Assembly (NCBI GenBank): GCA_001938485.1
Contig: MQRK01217099.1
Span: 7,127 to 71,126, forward strand
Direction: 5' to 3'
Source: Girardia tigrina
Taxonomy: Eukaryota
DNA length: 64,000 bases
In this document: piece by piece, positions 40,101-54,203 of the stretch
Layout of the letters: every line of letters starts with the position of its first letter
Numbering within the stretch: position 1 is the stretch's first letter
Notes under the pieces: generated by a model
What the model was told of the DNA's origin: nothing
Database searches by the model: none
The model's input: only the letters and a program-made list of their open reading frames with translations
Translations under genes and position numbers: made by a program

Positions 40101-43100
40101 TTAGAAATTTGCCAGGACCATAAAATATTGTGACTATATGGAGAGTGTGACAACATAGAGGTTCCACAGAAGTTAAAAATTATTGCGAATTTTCGATCGC
40201 TAGTCATAGATAATGAATATTAATGTGATCAAATAAAATGGGAGAACTTTTCAAATTGATAATAAATTACAAAAAATGCGGATTCCTGATTTAGAATAGA
40301 CATTTAATTTGTATTTACAGTCAGTACAGCTCCCATCACAGAAGATCTGAATGATTTGAAACTGAAAATTGAAACCTTCATAAAAAAGTGAAGCAAAGAA
40401 ATAACAAAACGCTCTTTCGTTTCGATCAAAATCCATGGATAAAGGGCTCAATGATTGGTGGTTCGAAAAAAGTATTTAAAATCTTAAGAGCTTTTTATTT
40501 CATTTTAGAACATTTCTGGATACTCTTCTTTGCTACCATTATTTAAATCTTTCATGAAAAATAAAGAATTTACATTTAATAATTGTTAGGTTCGTGATCC
40601 ATAAGTAAATTTGAGTAAAAATGAGTAAATTTCGTTTGAAAAATCATTTTTCCTGACGATGAGGGTTAAACCGTCGAAATTAATAAATTTTGATTGGCTA
40701 GGAATTTTTTTGTAAATAGAATATGATTTTAATTTTTTAATTCTTATATTTTTCTATTCAAATAAAATTAAATTACAATATGTTTTTAATTTTTTAATTC
40801 CTAAATTTTAAATTCAAATGATATTAAATAAAATATAGTTTTTAATTTATAAAATTTATCATGATATATTTTTAAAATATTTTAAACGTTTTTAAAATTC
40901 AAAAATTTACGAGCGCATCTGAATCCTAACAATCATTCTCATCGAGATAATTATGCTTTAATAAATTTTTGGCTATGTTTGAGGTTAGAATTGGTTGCTC
41001 CAAGTGTGACACGGGAGAAAGAACCTTTATCCACTAGAGTGAACCCGTTTCGCCTGGTCTGGCGAATTTTTTTGTTAACTAAATGCCTGTAATTTTTTTT
41101 CATCCGAATTCATCATATTCCCTTCTTCGGGTTTCGTATTGTTGACATTGATTTTTTTGAATTTATGTTGACGCTTTTCATCGTTGATTCATCGACTTCT
41201 CCTCGTTAGATCGGCGGCGGATGTACATCGTTGGAATCACCTCGTCGCGTAGATTCCGAATCAATCGGTTATTTTGTCATTTAAAAAAATTTGTTTTACT
41301 GAACTCCGGAAACTTCACACAGAATGACATACAGAAATCATAATTCTATTATCGTAATTTTTAATTTCTACAAAATCAATTTTTAGCAAAATAATTAGCG
41401 AATAAATGATAAAAATGATCATTTATCAAATAAAATAGTATTTAATTAGTATTTTCATAAAAATTTTCAAGAAATTCCGTGTAAGAATCATCAAAATTGT
41501 CATTATTCGAAATCAGTGCTAATTTAACCATTTAACGATTTTTGATCGATTTCATCGGCTTCCGGGCGTTTTTCGGTCAAGGCGCTGTACCGAAAAAATT
41601 GTATTGATGCGGGTTATCCAGATTGATGTACCGCAGTGGATTCACTCCGGTTCCTCCGCAATATTCCAATTTAATTGTTGATATTAGTTCATAAATACGA
41701 AAATTTGTAATTTCTACAAAATCGATTTTTAGCAAAATAATTAGCGAATAAGTGATGAAAATCGTAATTTATCAAATAAATTAATATTTTCATAAAAAGT
41801 TTCATGAAATTCCTTGTAGGAATCGTAAATATCATCATTCAAGATTGACCACGATTTTAAATTGATTCGCTCTGGTTCCTCCACATTTTCACAATTAAAA
41901 GCGTGACCGACAAACAAACACACTTTTTAGACAAATATTATATATATATATATATATGTATCGCAAACGAGAATGATTGTCAATTATAGTCCAGACATCT
42001 GTTATAAAACATAAGAAAATTATCAAAACTCAAACATAACAGTGAGTAATTCATAAGAATTGTATCGCTCCATTAAATAAACATTAAACCTATGATTACA
42101 AATTAAGAATTTCATTTTATTTAATGTATAACTTGCAAAACTTACTCTTCAATATCAACTGGCCTCAATTTTTTATAATTAGAATACAAACTACACTTAA
42201 AAAATCTTCCTTTATGAAGAATCACAATATGACCTGAATCAGTGTTTTGGACTAATTCATCTGCACCTTTAGAATTTTTGACAAATTTTGGAATTCTTGT
42301 TGTACCAAACATTTTTTGGTATTGAGAAGAACAAAGAGGTATAACATTTTGTAATAATAATGGTTGAAATTCTTCAGTTTTAATCAAATTCATAACATCT
42401 GTTGCTGCACAGATTAAATTGGCAGCTCTTGCAGACTGCAACCACTTATGTGTAACATAAAGTGCATCCATTCCATAATAATTAGAATTTATAATTAAAG
42501 GAGCTCTGCATGATAGATATACGAATTGTTCCCACCAATCAGACACCTAAAATTATAAATCATCATTCAGAATGAACTAATAATAATAAACATTTTGAAT
42601 ATAAAACAACAGCTTTTATATGTTATTGGTACGTTGCGTTCGGACGTGGATATTATTTTATTCAATTATCAGAAGCTGATATTTGAATTTGATCAACACA
42701 AAATCTTTCACTCGCAACACTGACAATTTTTAAGAAAAAATGCAATCCACAAGAGAATTAGGTGTATAAATGCAATTAAAAATATTATCTCTGAATTCTG
42801 TAAATCGTACCTTAACTATTTTGAATGAGAAATACAAAAGATATGAATGTATTGTCTTTTTGAAAATTATTTATTAAGTGATTCTCGTGAAGGAGTCGAA
42901 GAAAGAGTTTTAATTTCTTGTCGGGATTCTAATGATAGTTTGATCAGACAAATCAATAAGATTTGGGTTGATGGAACATATATTATTTCACCACCTTTGT
43001 TTACGCTCATAATATTTTTAATGACCAAAGAGTAAGCAATTTTATACCCGTTTGTTTAATGTTTTAAAAAACAAATCTCAAAATTCTTATACTAGCATGA

Positions 43101-46100
43101 CCTAATTAATTATTAATTGTTTGCCAAATTATAATCTCAGAGATCTTTTCATCTCATAATCTTTAGATTATGAATGAGCAATCATTAATGTTTTTTCAAT
43201 TTTATTTCCAAAAATGGAGATACATAGTTGCCTTTTCCGATTGGTAAAGCATTTAAAGTTAAAGCTTCAGGAGTTACGTTTAATAAGAGAATGCAACAAT
43301 AATAGATTGTTGCCATTAGATTTATACCATTAGAAAAAATTGAGAAAGCATTCGAAGTTTTTATTAATGATTTTCAAATGATTATATCACCGTAATTATT
43401 TTGGTACGCGGGGGTTTGACCACAGGAGCTGTTTCCATAGGTGGTTTGACCTAGGGTGGTTTGTCCACAGCAGGGGTTTGACCATATGTGGTTTGTCCCA
43501 GCGACGGTTTAATATTTTTAATATTTTTAAAATATAATTTCATTAAAGCTTCTTATATATATTTATTGGACATGTTTCGATGCTTACATACATCATCATC
43601 AGCAATATTTGTAAATTTAGTATTTTAATATATGTATAATTCAATATTTTAATTGTTCTTAATAATATGATTTTAAAAGGTATATTAAGTTTAAATGGAA
43701 TAGTTTTCAGAATATATTATAATTTATAAAAGTATTATTGGATAATAACGACAAAAATATTTTAATTAAAAATTTGAAGTATTGAAATAATTTTACTTTG
43801 CCCATTTAGGTGATTTCATTACTTATAATGTTTCATTAAAATATTTTTGCCATTAGTACTCAATAATACTTTTATAAATTATAATATATTCTGAAAACTA
43901 TTCCATTTAAACTTAATATACATTTTAAAATCATATTATTAAGAACAATTAAAATATTGAACTATACATATATTAAATCGAGTAGGCCTGACACCAGCCT
44001 TTATGTGGACCATAAACTAATAAATTCTTTGTTTTCATATATATATATATATATATATATTAATTTTTGCTGAAATATATGTTTTTAAACGAATATACAG
44101 GATGATTCATAAGTATGATTCACCCCCTCATATTTTGATTACCTATTTTCTAAATTAAAATTTGACGTCATATTAATTTTGAATATTTGCTTATATATAG
44201 TTTTTTTATGCTACTCATTTGAATTTATATGTTAAATATTGAAATTTTCATTAATGACTTATTTTTTTTTAAATTTTAGATAAATTAAATGTCAAGAGTA
44301 TTTAGTGAATTTAGTGGAGAAGATTTGACGAGAAGATAAGATGTATTTGTACTGTCGCTTCTGACACTTAGTAATTCTGTTCCACCAGAGGTAAATGATG
44401 CTCAGAAGTATCTTCAAACAAAAGGCTCGATCTGCATCAAGGTTCTGTCAAGCGCATAGCACTGAGAGATTACATTTTTAAGAATAGAGAAAAGATGGTG
44501 GACAGTGCAAGGTGGTGGACGAATCCAAGAAGCTCTGCTTTGAAATGTGGATAAGCATGGAGCGTCGAATTTGCAAAAAGAAAAGAATGGAGGGCGAGGG
44601 ATCGACTGATGTAATGATGACATTTGATGCTGAGCTGAAACTGGAAAATGCTGATTGTCGTAGACAGGTTGATTGACGAAGTATATTCAAAATTTCAATC
44701 TTGCAAACAAATATGCCATCATTGCACCATCGAATTTCTTTGGTAATAATTACGATTGCCAACTTGGTGAAATAGAAGACGGGGCGGAGAAATAAGCATT
44801 CTTAGTCAAAAGAAGACTGCAGTATTTTGTCCAAGCTACAGGAAACGACAGAATCAACGGACCTTTATAACATATGAGCTTCATACAGAGATATCACCTT
44901 AGGGACTTCTTCCCTAATATTGTGATCTTGCTGCACATCTTTCTTACCCGGGATATTAGCGTTGCCAGCTACGAACACTCGTTTTCCAAATTGAAGCTCA
45001 TAAAGAATTATCTTCGATCTACAATGAGTCAATTACAGACTTACCAGTTCTCTCCATATAGAGGAGCTTGCTGTTGAACTGAATTTTGATACTGTTATTA
45101 ATAAATTTACAGAAATGAAAGGGCAAAAATTTCGCTTGTAAATTGTAAATTTTGAAACGACTTCGTTACTTGGTAATTTTTAGTATAAGAATAAGAGTAT
45201 TGCAAGAAAAATATGAAATTAAAGTAAGGATTTTGAGACTAAGAATAACAGAGCTCTATTTAATTTTTAGCAGAAACAGTAATTGAGAGTTTCGAATAAT
45301 GGTTTAATGTTACAGTTAGGGTTAGGGATGCGGCAAATCTTAGGACCGCCTTTAGCGCCACTAAAAGTTGCTACACCACTGATTACATTTATTTTCATTG
45401 TAGTGACCAAAAATTAAATATTAATATTTATAAATATATTTATATACTAAAATTCTATATCATTATTTATAAAAAAAGAATACTTTATAATTATCGTCGA
45501 TTTTAATGACAAATGATTTTATGATAACAAGTTGTTTGTCCAAATCATTTTTAATTTGGTAAAAAAATTTGAAATTCAAAATAAATCTTTCTCTTAATCG
45601 TCTCATATTTTTTATAATGAAAATAAACTCCGGAATTATCCGTTGAGTCTACTGTAACGCAATAAAATGGTATCAGAAAAAGGAAAGGATGACACTTATC
45701 CGCTATCAGTTATCCCCCCTGGATACATTCCAGTGATCGAGATTCCAGGCGACGCCAACTCTCCGATTCGACAACCGGAACTTCACACCGATCTAATCCA
45801 AATAGCCAGCGATACACAGATCGGTTGTTCGAGTCTGTTCCAAGTGTCCGACACGGCTTCAACGGATCGGGTGTGAAACTCATTTTTCCGATCAATTACG
45901 CCAATCAAACACTTCGTCCATATGCGACTAACTGCTCCTGCCAGTCCTGTCATCAACATGCCGAGCGATGATTACCTCAATATGAAACCGAAAATCCTGA
46001 ACTGACGGTTAGAAATCACAATTCCACGAACAGTCAGGGTTTAAGCCTCTTCGTCTACACCGCACCTTAAGCCAGTATGATATTATTGATAATACTGTGC

Positions 46101-49100
46101 TCAGTTGCTAATTTACCATTCTGGGGGTAGTGATGAACTGACCGACTTTAAAACTGCACCGGCTGCTGACACTAGTACCCTTAAGGCCACACCACCGACC
46201 TTCTTCACCGATCATACCGGATCCCCGAGGGTTTGACTTGAGCTCATGGTTTTCAGGTTGAAGGCGATGCATCTTTATTTGCAGAGCAGCTTGTTCCAGA
46301 ATCTGCCCAGCGCAATTCCGGCAGAACAGCTCCAGATGCTTGCACCACATCTCGCAACCATAATCCAGCACACGGAGCCGTATGATCAACTTCGGCGACA
46401 AATCATGATGGCTCACGAGCCCAAATTTGATGTTGTCTTTGAAAACTATTTCAAGACACAACAAGTCAGCATACTGAAGCCATCACAATTCCTGCAACGA
46501 GTCATCGGTGATCTGGAATTGATCCAACTGGGGATCACCCAGGACAAAAACACGGCGATTTTGAAGAAATCGTTGCCGTCGATGCACAAGGCTATTCTCG
46601 CAGCCACCAGCACCACCGATTTACAAGAACTGGCAGTAATCGCAGACACAATCGGCTAAACAATGCCTTCCAGTTCCGACAATTGCTTCAACCTGTCCAC
46701 ACCCACCACTGGATACCAGAATCCGGTGGTGGTTAAAGAACAGAATTGTCAGATTGAGACACTGACAGCTCAGATAGCTAAGATGACCACCATCATGTTT
46801 GATTTGGCATCCACTGTCGCGTTGTTCAATTCGGGACCCGACAACCGATACCGCGGCTGATCCAACGGTCGACATGACCACCGGAAGAATCAGACGAAGC
46901 AACAAACTCCCCTTTGCTATTATCACCGCAAATTTGGCACCACGGCCAAGAAATTCCAACCCAGTTGTGAGTGGAAAGGCGACCGCACGACACTCGAGAT
47001 AACCGACATTTGGCACTCAAAATTCGACAAAGAAGCCAGATCATGTGCCCCCGGGTGCAAACATTCAGCGCCAAAAAAACTGGTTTAACATTTCATCCAT
47101 GTAGCAGATGACAAAGACGAGGACAGTTGCAGCGTTTATTTACTTATGACACCCACATATGTAATAGCACCATTTCACTGGCGTCTTTTTGGTAGACACT
47201 GAATCTACACTATCCGTCTCACCACGCTTTTTCCAACCGCACAGCACCCGACATACACAGCAACTCATAACGGCGAATGGATCCAGAGTTCAAACTTTTG
47301 GCAGACAACAACTATCCTTCTCCCTGAAACAACTGAATTAAACTTTTAAATGGACATTGATAGTTGCTGAAGTCACTCAACCCATCCTAGGTGCAGATTT
47401 TTTCGATCATATCAACATCCTCGTCGACTGCAGGAATCGGAAACTAATCTTCAACGACCATATTTCCGACAGACAAAACGTGCCACCGACTCTTGCTGGC
47501 ATCCACGAAATCCGGGAAGCACCATTCGACATCAACCGCAATCACAAGGACCTGCGAGACGACACCACGCCGCTCAGAAATGTCGAGACTCAGGGATTGC
47601 GAATCCATCCAGGAAGAACATCAACCGCTCGATGTAGTGAAGGGACACCGACCCGCCATCGGGTCTATTCACGAAGGTTACCACACTATGTTATTTCCAC
47701 CGTCGATTCGACAAGAGAACGAAGAATTGTCAACCGGGTGCACATTTTCCTGTGACGAATCCGAATTTCAGATGACCGAAGTGTGCATCTGGTACACCCA
47801 ATTCGGAACAGATGCCAAAGATTGCGCACTAGGATGCTTCCATCACAAAGAAAAAAACTAGTTCCACTCCTCATAACCCCAGCGAATGAGGCAGGTGACG
47901 TTAACTACTGCAGCACCACCAAAGCGTGGTTCCGTGTAGGTGACCATAACCATATCAATCACAATACAAATTACGACCACATAAACCATAACACCCAATA
48001 CAACAATAACCATCCATCTTCAGCACGACGTTCAGTCTCCTTTGCACCATTGGTCCAGTTTAATGACTCTCCCACCTAACCATAATTCCCATCATGCTCC
48101 GCATTTATCGTTGGGGGCTGATGTAGCGACGAAAAATTAAATATTAATATTTATAAATATATTTATATACTAAAATTCTATATCATTATTTATAAAAAAG
48201 CATACTTTATAATTATCGTCGGTTTTAATGACAAATGATTTTATGATAACAAGTTGTTTGTCCGAATCACTTTTAATTTGGTAAAAATTTTGAAATTCAA
48301 AATAAATCTTTCTCTTAATCGTCTCATATTTTTTGTACTGAAAATAAACTCCGGAATTATCCGTTGAGTCTATTGTAACACAATATCCATAAATATTAAT
48401 TTAAGAGTATATTTATACAGAAGACTCCGGATAACCCGATTTCGGATAACTCGATAATCCGGTTTACTCGATACAATCTGTGAATCCCTACTGTATAAAT
48501 ATTTGCATAACCCGATATTAAAAATAAAAAAGCAAAAGCAGGGCCATCTGAGAAACATAATTTTCTATTTTTTATGTTGATTTATTAAATGTTAAAAAAT
48601 ACATGTAATATTTAATTAATGTAATATGTTATGAAATTTTAAAAAATTACAATTTGTTTAAGTGTTTAAAATTGTAAATTTGTTTAAATCAAACTTTTTT
48701 AAATTTTAAAATCTGTCTTTGTTAAATAAAATGACATTTTCTATAAAAGTGTGATTGTTTTATTTCAAGTTTGTTTAAAATCTAAAGATTTCGATTTTAT
48801 CCATAACAAAGGTTAATGCAATAAATAATACAATACAATAATTAATCACTTTTAGTTTAAAATATCCCTGTCCTAACACTGACAGTAATGGCATCAAAAT
48901 CAAGAAGCTTTAAAAGATCGTGCAGAAGCAAAGACATTCAGAAAAGCATGAGATTGTTCTATTCGTCATCTCCAATCCTCCCAGGAAACAAAAAATGTGT
49001 GCTCAAAATTCGGATTAAAGCAGTCTACATTGTCAACGTACCTGAGTAATAAAGAAAAAATCATCGAAGAGTATCAGAACATGGACTCGACACTAAAGTA

Positions 49101-52100
49101 GAAGAGAAGTCGTCCTTCGAACTACGAAGATGTAGACGCCGCTCTGCTAATGTGGTTTAAGCAGAAACGTGACGCTGGTCTGTGTTTGGATGGCGAGATA
49201 CTGCGGACTAAGGCCACTGAATTTGCAACAATGCAGGATCTAGAAAAAATGGACGAGAATGGAATAACATTGTCCTGGATCAACCGTTGGAAAAGTCGGC
49301 ATGACATTCTGTTCAAGGTCATGTGAGGTGAGGCAAGATCTATAAACAATGAAATGGTCTCGGATTGGAAGGAGAACCGTCTGCGAGATATTTTACGCAA
49401 GTACAGGGCTGAGGACATCTACAATGTAGATGAAAGCAACTTATTTTGGAAACTTCTACCAGATCAGACACTCGCTTTCAGAAAAAGAAAGGATTCATGG
49501 AGGAAAAAAATCCAAGGAGCTAGTGACCATACTTGTAAGCGCATCAATGACAGGGGAGAACCTCCCACTTCTTGTCATTGGTAAATTTAGCAATCCTCGC
49601 TGCTTTCGCAACGTTCACTATTTACCAATCAGGTACTTGGCTAATTCGAAATCCTGGATGACTGGCAGATTCTTCAAAGAATGGCTTCAATGATGGGACA
49701 ACATTTGACAAGACAAGTAGCTCTAATCGTTTCCAATTGTTCCACCCACCATCACATTAATGATTTGAAACAAATCAAGCTTCACTTCCTCCTTGAAAAT
49801 ATAACAGCACGCCCTCAGCCGATGGACTATGACATTATCAAGAACGTTAAGCACATTTACCATAGAAAACTTCCTTAAAAGCACCTCAGATCACATGATG
49901 AGAATATTGACTTCTGTTTCAACCTTCTGGATGCAATAATACTTCTCCACGAATCATGGGACTTGGTGAAATTGAGCACCATTACCAACTGTTTTCATGA
50001 GGCTGGTTTCACTGATAGAGAGAAATGTGATCCTGAACCTTACGAAGACAATAATGACTTTGACTACATTTTCACTAGACTGCGTAATCTATTAAGCACA
50101 ACCCGATCCGGAAACCAGCACCATAGCTGCACTTCAAAAACAAATGTTATGTAATTTATATAAGACTTATACAAAAAAAATAATAGAGAAATATTCAAAT
50201 AAAAATTTTTCAATAATTGTTATTTAAAATAGTGGATAAAAAATTCATTAAAAACCATGAAAATAATGATACATATTAAATTAAATTAAATGATACATAT
50301 CAAATATAAATTAAAATTTGTTTTCAATAAAAGTCTATTTAAATTCTAAAAAACATATTGAGAGATGATAAACCACTGTAATATGTATTTTTCTTTTTAG
50401 AGTAAGAGAATTCAGAGTGGATTGGCGAATAAAATTATTGATACTTAGTTCGTATTTATTTATACAGTGCGTTCAGAAAGTCACTGTGCACTTTTCATTG
50501 TCTGGTTTATTTTTAGATAATCAGCGTTGTAGCAGACTTTTTAAATGCAAATTTCTATGAAATCGAAATATGAAATAGATTCGTGAACAAAAAACATACC
50601 TACACACTTTGACCTTGACACTGAGCGTTTNNNNNNNNNNNAAAAAAAATATCATTTTGATATTCAATCTAATCATTGACGAAAGTCAATTTATTGCGAA
50701 GTTAATTCCAATTGAAAATGGTTTTGTCAACGGAGGAGAGAATATTTTTGATTGAACATGTCTTTCGTGCGAATGATGAATACACAGAAGCAGTGAATTA
50801 AAAATTTGCCGAAAAGTTTCCCGCAACAGCAAAACCTCATCGAAATGCAGTTCGAGCGTTAGTGAACAAATTCAGAGAAACTGGATCCGTTCATGATGCC
50901 TCCCGCTCAGGTCGACCAACGATTTTAACGGAGCAAAAAGTCAATGTTATTTNNNNNNNNNNNNNNNNNNNNNNNNNNNNNNNNNNNNNNNNNNNNNNNN
51001 NNNNNNNNNNNNNNNNNNNNNNNAAAACTTTAAGCTTATATCCATATCGTGTTACTTGTCAACATGAGTTGAAAGATACAGACTTTGAAAAGCGACTCCA
51101 GTTTTGTCATTGGTTCAAGGAAAATCTGAATGAGGATGACATCCTCGACAACAGCACATACTGCAAACATTTCGCTTCGTTTTTTGAATGAGATTTTCCA
51201 GAAGAGAATCATTTCCAAAGGAATTTAGCCGCCAAGATTCCCATGTCTAAGTGTTTTGGACTTTTACCTGTGGGGAGCGATAAAGCAAAAGGTTTACCGA
51301 AACAAACCACAAACTTTGCAAGACCTACGTGATAACATCCTACACCAAATTGAAGCCATCACCNNNNNNNNNNNNNNNNNNNNNNNNNNNNNNNNNNNNN
51401 NNNNNNNNNNNNNNNNNNNNNNNNNNNNNNNNNNNNNNNNNNNNNNNNNNNNNNNNNNNNNNNNNNNNNNNNNNTGTTCTTCACATAAAATTGACTATTC
51501 AAAATATTTTGTTATTGATTTTTAGAACACAGGATATCGTTCTTGTTTTGAAATTGCAGGTGCATAGTTACTTTTTGAACGCACTGTATTATAGTTAACT
51601 TTTCTCAGTAATTTCAAAAGGAGCCGCAAGGAACCCTTCAAAGAGCTGCATTTTGGCACCCCTGATATATATGATAAAGATGTAAAATATTTGAACTTAC
51701 ATAATTAGAAGAAATAAGATATTTAATATATAGAAATAGTTGAATACGAAATCCAAATTTCTTTTGAAAGTCATGGGCTAATTTCTTCACCGATTCAAAT
51801 TCTTCAGCTGTTTTTAGAGGTTTGATGGATATTAAATACTGTTTATATTAATTAAAATATTTATAATATAATAATCTGTTATTACTCTGTCGATTGTATC
51901 CTTCAGTCGAGGTAAAGGTAACTTAGGTAGAGATGATTGATAACTATATAGTTTGACATTACTACTTCTAAGCAAATGTACCAGAGCCTAAGTGATATAT
52001 TTAAATGATGACGAAATTTGATAAATTAAAATAACTGAAACATCTACAGTAAATACTAATAAATAATGTTTAAATAACTATGGGTCACAAACCGATGATA

Positions 52101-54160
52101 TTTATTTAAAAATTAGATCTTAATCGAATCACTTAATCAAACTTTTTCATAATAGTCGGGAGGCATTAAATCAATTGATCAATTAATGTTTACAGTTTTA
52201 ATCTCTTTTTAAAATAAATTTTTATCTTAATTTTATTCTTCATTGAAATATAAAACGAAATTTGAGAGACAATTTAGCGCATATATTTGAACGTGATCAG
52301 GAAGATTCGCGAAGAAGTTATTAATTTTTACTGACTCAGTTTTATATTAGTTCAGTAATTCAGTTGTTGCGAGTTGGTTGGCTCGCATCGTTGAAGACCA
52401 GAGAAAGTCGAATTAAAATAACCGGAATGAGTGAGATATTAGTCAGGAGATGTTTGGCTATGATAGACAGTAATTTAAACGAGTCCGAAATAGATTAGGA
52501 GTGTGATTGGGTTCGCTCTGAACTAAACAAGGCAGATGTCTTAACTAGAATACCAAGAAAATGAAATGAAAGGAAATGTTGTATTGTTCAACAAGAGAAA
52601 AAATTAAACGAAGCAAGAAAGAGTCATGAACGACATCATTTTGGGATCGAGAAAAGCCGTCTGATAGCAGAAAAAGGTATTTAAGTATCGAAAAAAGATA
52701 GGGAGAGTGTTGTTCAAAACTGCCAACGGTGTAGTAGTATTGATCCCGCCCCTATAAAAACACCAAAGGAATCATTAAAGGAAAACATGTTGGGAAAGAT
52801 TGGCTATAGATCATACCCATTACAAGAATAGAGTATATTTATCAGCAATTGATTGTGGACCCAGTCGATTTTCAATTTCGAAAGAAGTAAAAACTGAAGG
52901 AGCCGACGACGTAATAAAACGTCTCGATGAATTATTTATAGAGCATGGAGCTCCAATAGAAATCCTTGTTGACAATGGAGTAGCTTATACAGGGAACAAA
53001 TTCAAACACTTGTGTATTAAATGGAGTGTTAAGATAGACTATCGATATTCGCATGGTCCCAGTACGAACGGTATTGTGGAGCGCTGTCACCGTACGATAA
53101 AAAGAATAGCGAAGAGATCTAATATTACTATTGCTGAAGCTGTGCATTGTTATAACATTGGTCCTAAAAAGAAGAAAATATGGAATTAAATCTCCAAGTG
53201 ATATATTATTTAACTACAATTGGAGGATAATCGGTGAAAAAATAAACGTAGAACTGAGGAGTGACGATTGTAGAATGTTTGAAGTAGGAGAGAAAGTATA
53301 TGCCAAGCCGTGTCAACATGTTCGATGTACAAGTCAATTGGGTCGGGCTATAATCACAGCAAAAATTAGTCACAACAAATACGAAGTAGACGGAGTTCTG
53401 AGACATATTCAGGATATCAGAAAACGATCTGATGATCAGAATAATTCTGAAACGAGTTTATTGATGACTTATAAACCATGGAAGACGAGAGCGAAGCAGT
53501 AGATGAGGAGTCGAATGTTGAAGAGATTATGTACCAAGCAGATCGTGACGAGCAACACAGAAGCGATATAGAGAGAAGAGATTCTCTATTCTCGATTTTA
53601 TTCCTTAGAATTTAAATAATTTTAGAAAAATTAATTAGTAAATGTTTTAATATATTATAAAATATAATGGGAAATAAGTTTGCAAAATTTCAGTTCAATC
53701 AGATAAAGAAAACTAAGAGAAGTCATTTCTATTATATATATTATTTCTATTTCAGTACATAACATACAAACTGAGCGAATGTATATAAAACGCAGTAAAA
53801 ATAACACTTAATTCGAAAAATTTTATAATAAAAAATTGTCAATGTTATTTTCTACTAATTGTAAAATTAAAATATAGGTAATATATTTCATTATATATAT
53901 ATATATATATTTACAGATTCAAAATAAATTAAATTTAAAATTAATAACTAACAATCGATTTATTTCATAAGTGAAATTCTGTTAGTTCTTTAAAGTAAAA
54001 AATGTCAAACAGTTGTGAAGTCTATTAATAGATAATTAACAAAAAGAAACTACTTGATTAGTTTTCCTGTTGATGTATCGCTAAATGAAAACAAGTTGCG
54101 AAAACCATGGTCAGGTTTCATAGAAACACAATTACACATGTTAATTTGCATTACTTTCGA

Positions 54161-54203
<43 letters not shown>

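Noticed and set aside
40648-40695. CTGACGA...GAAATTAATA hammerhead-like motif
   Set aside because: Stem I does not pair and stem II has a mismatch; probably a dead Penelope-end relic.
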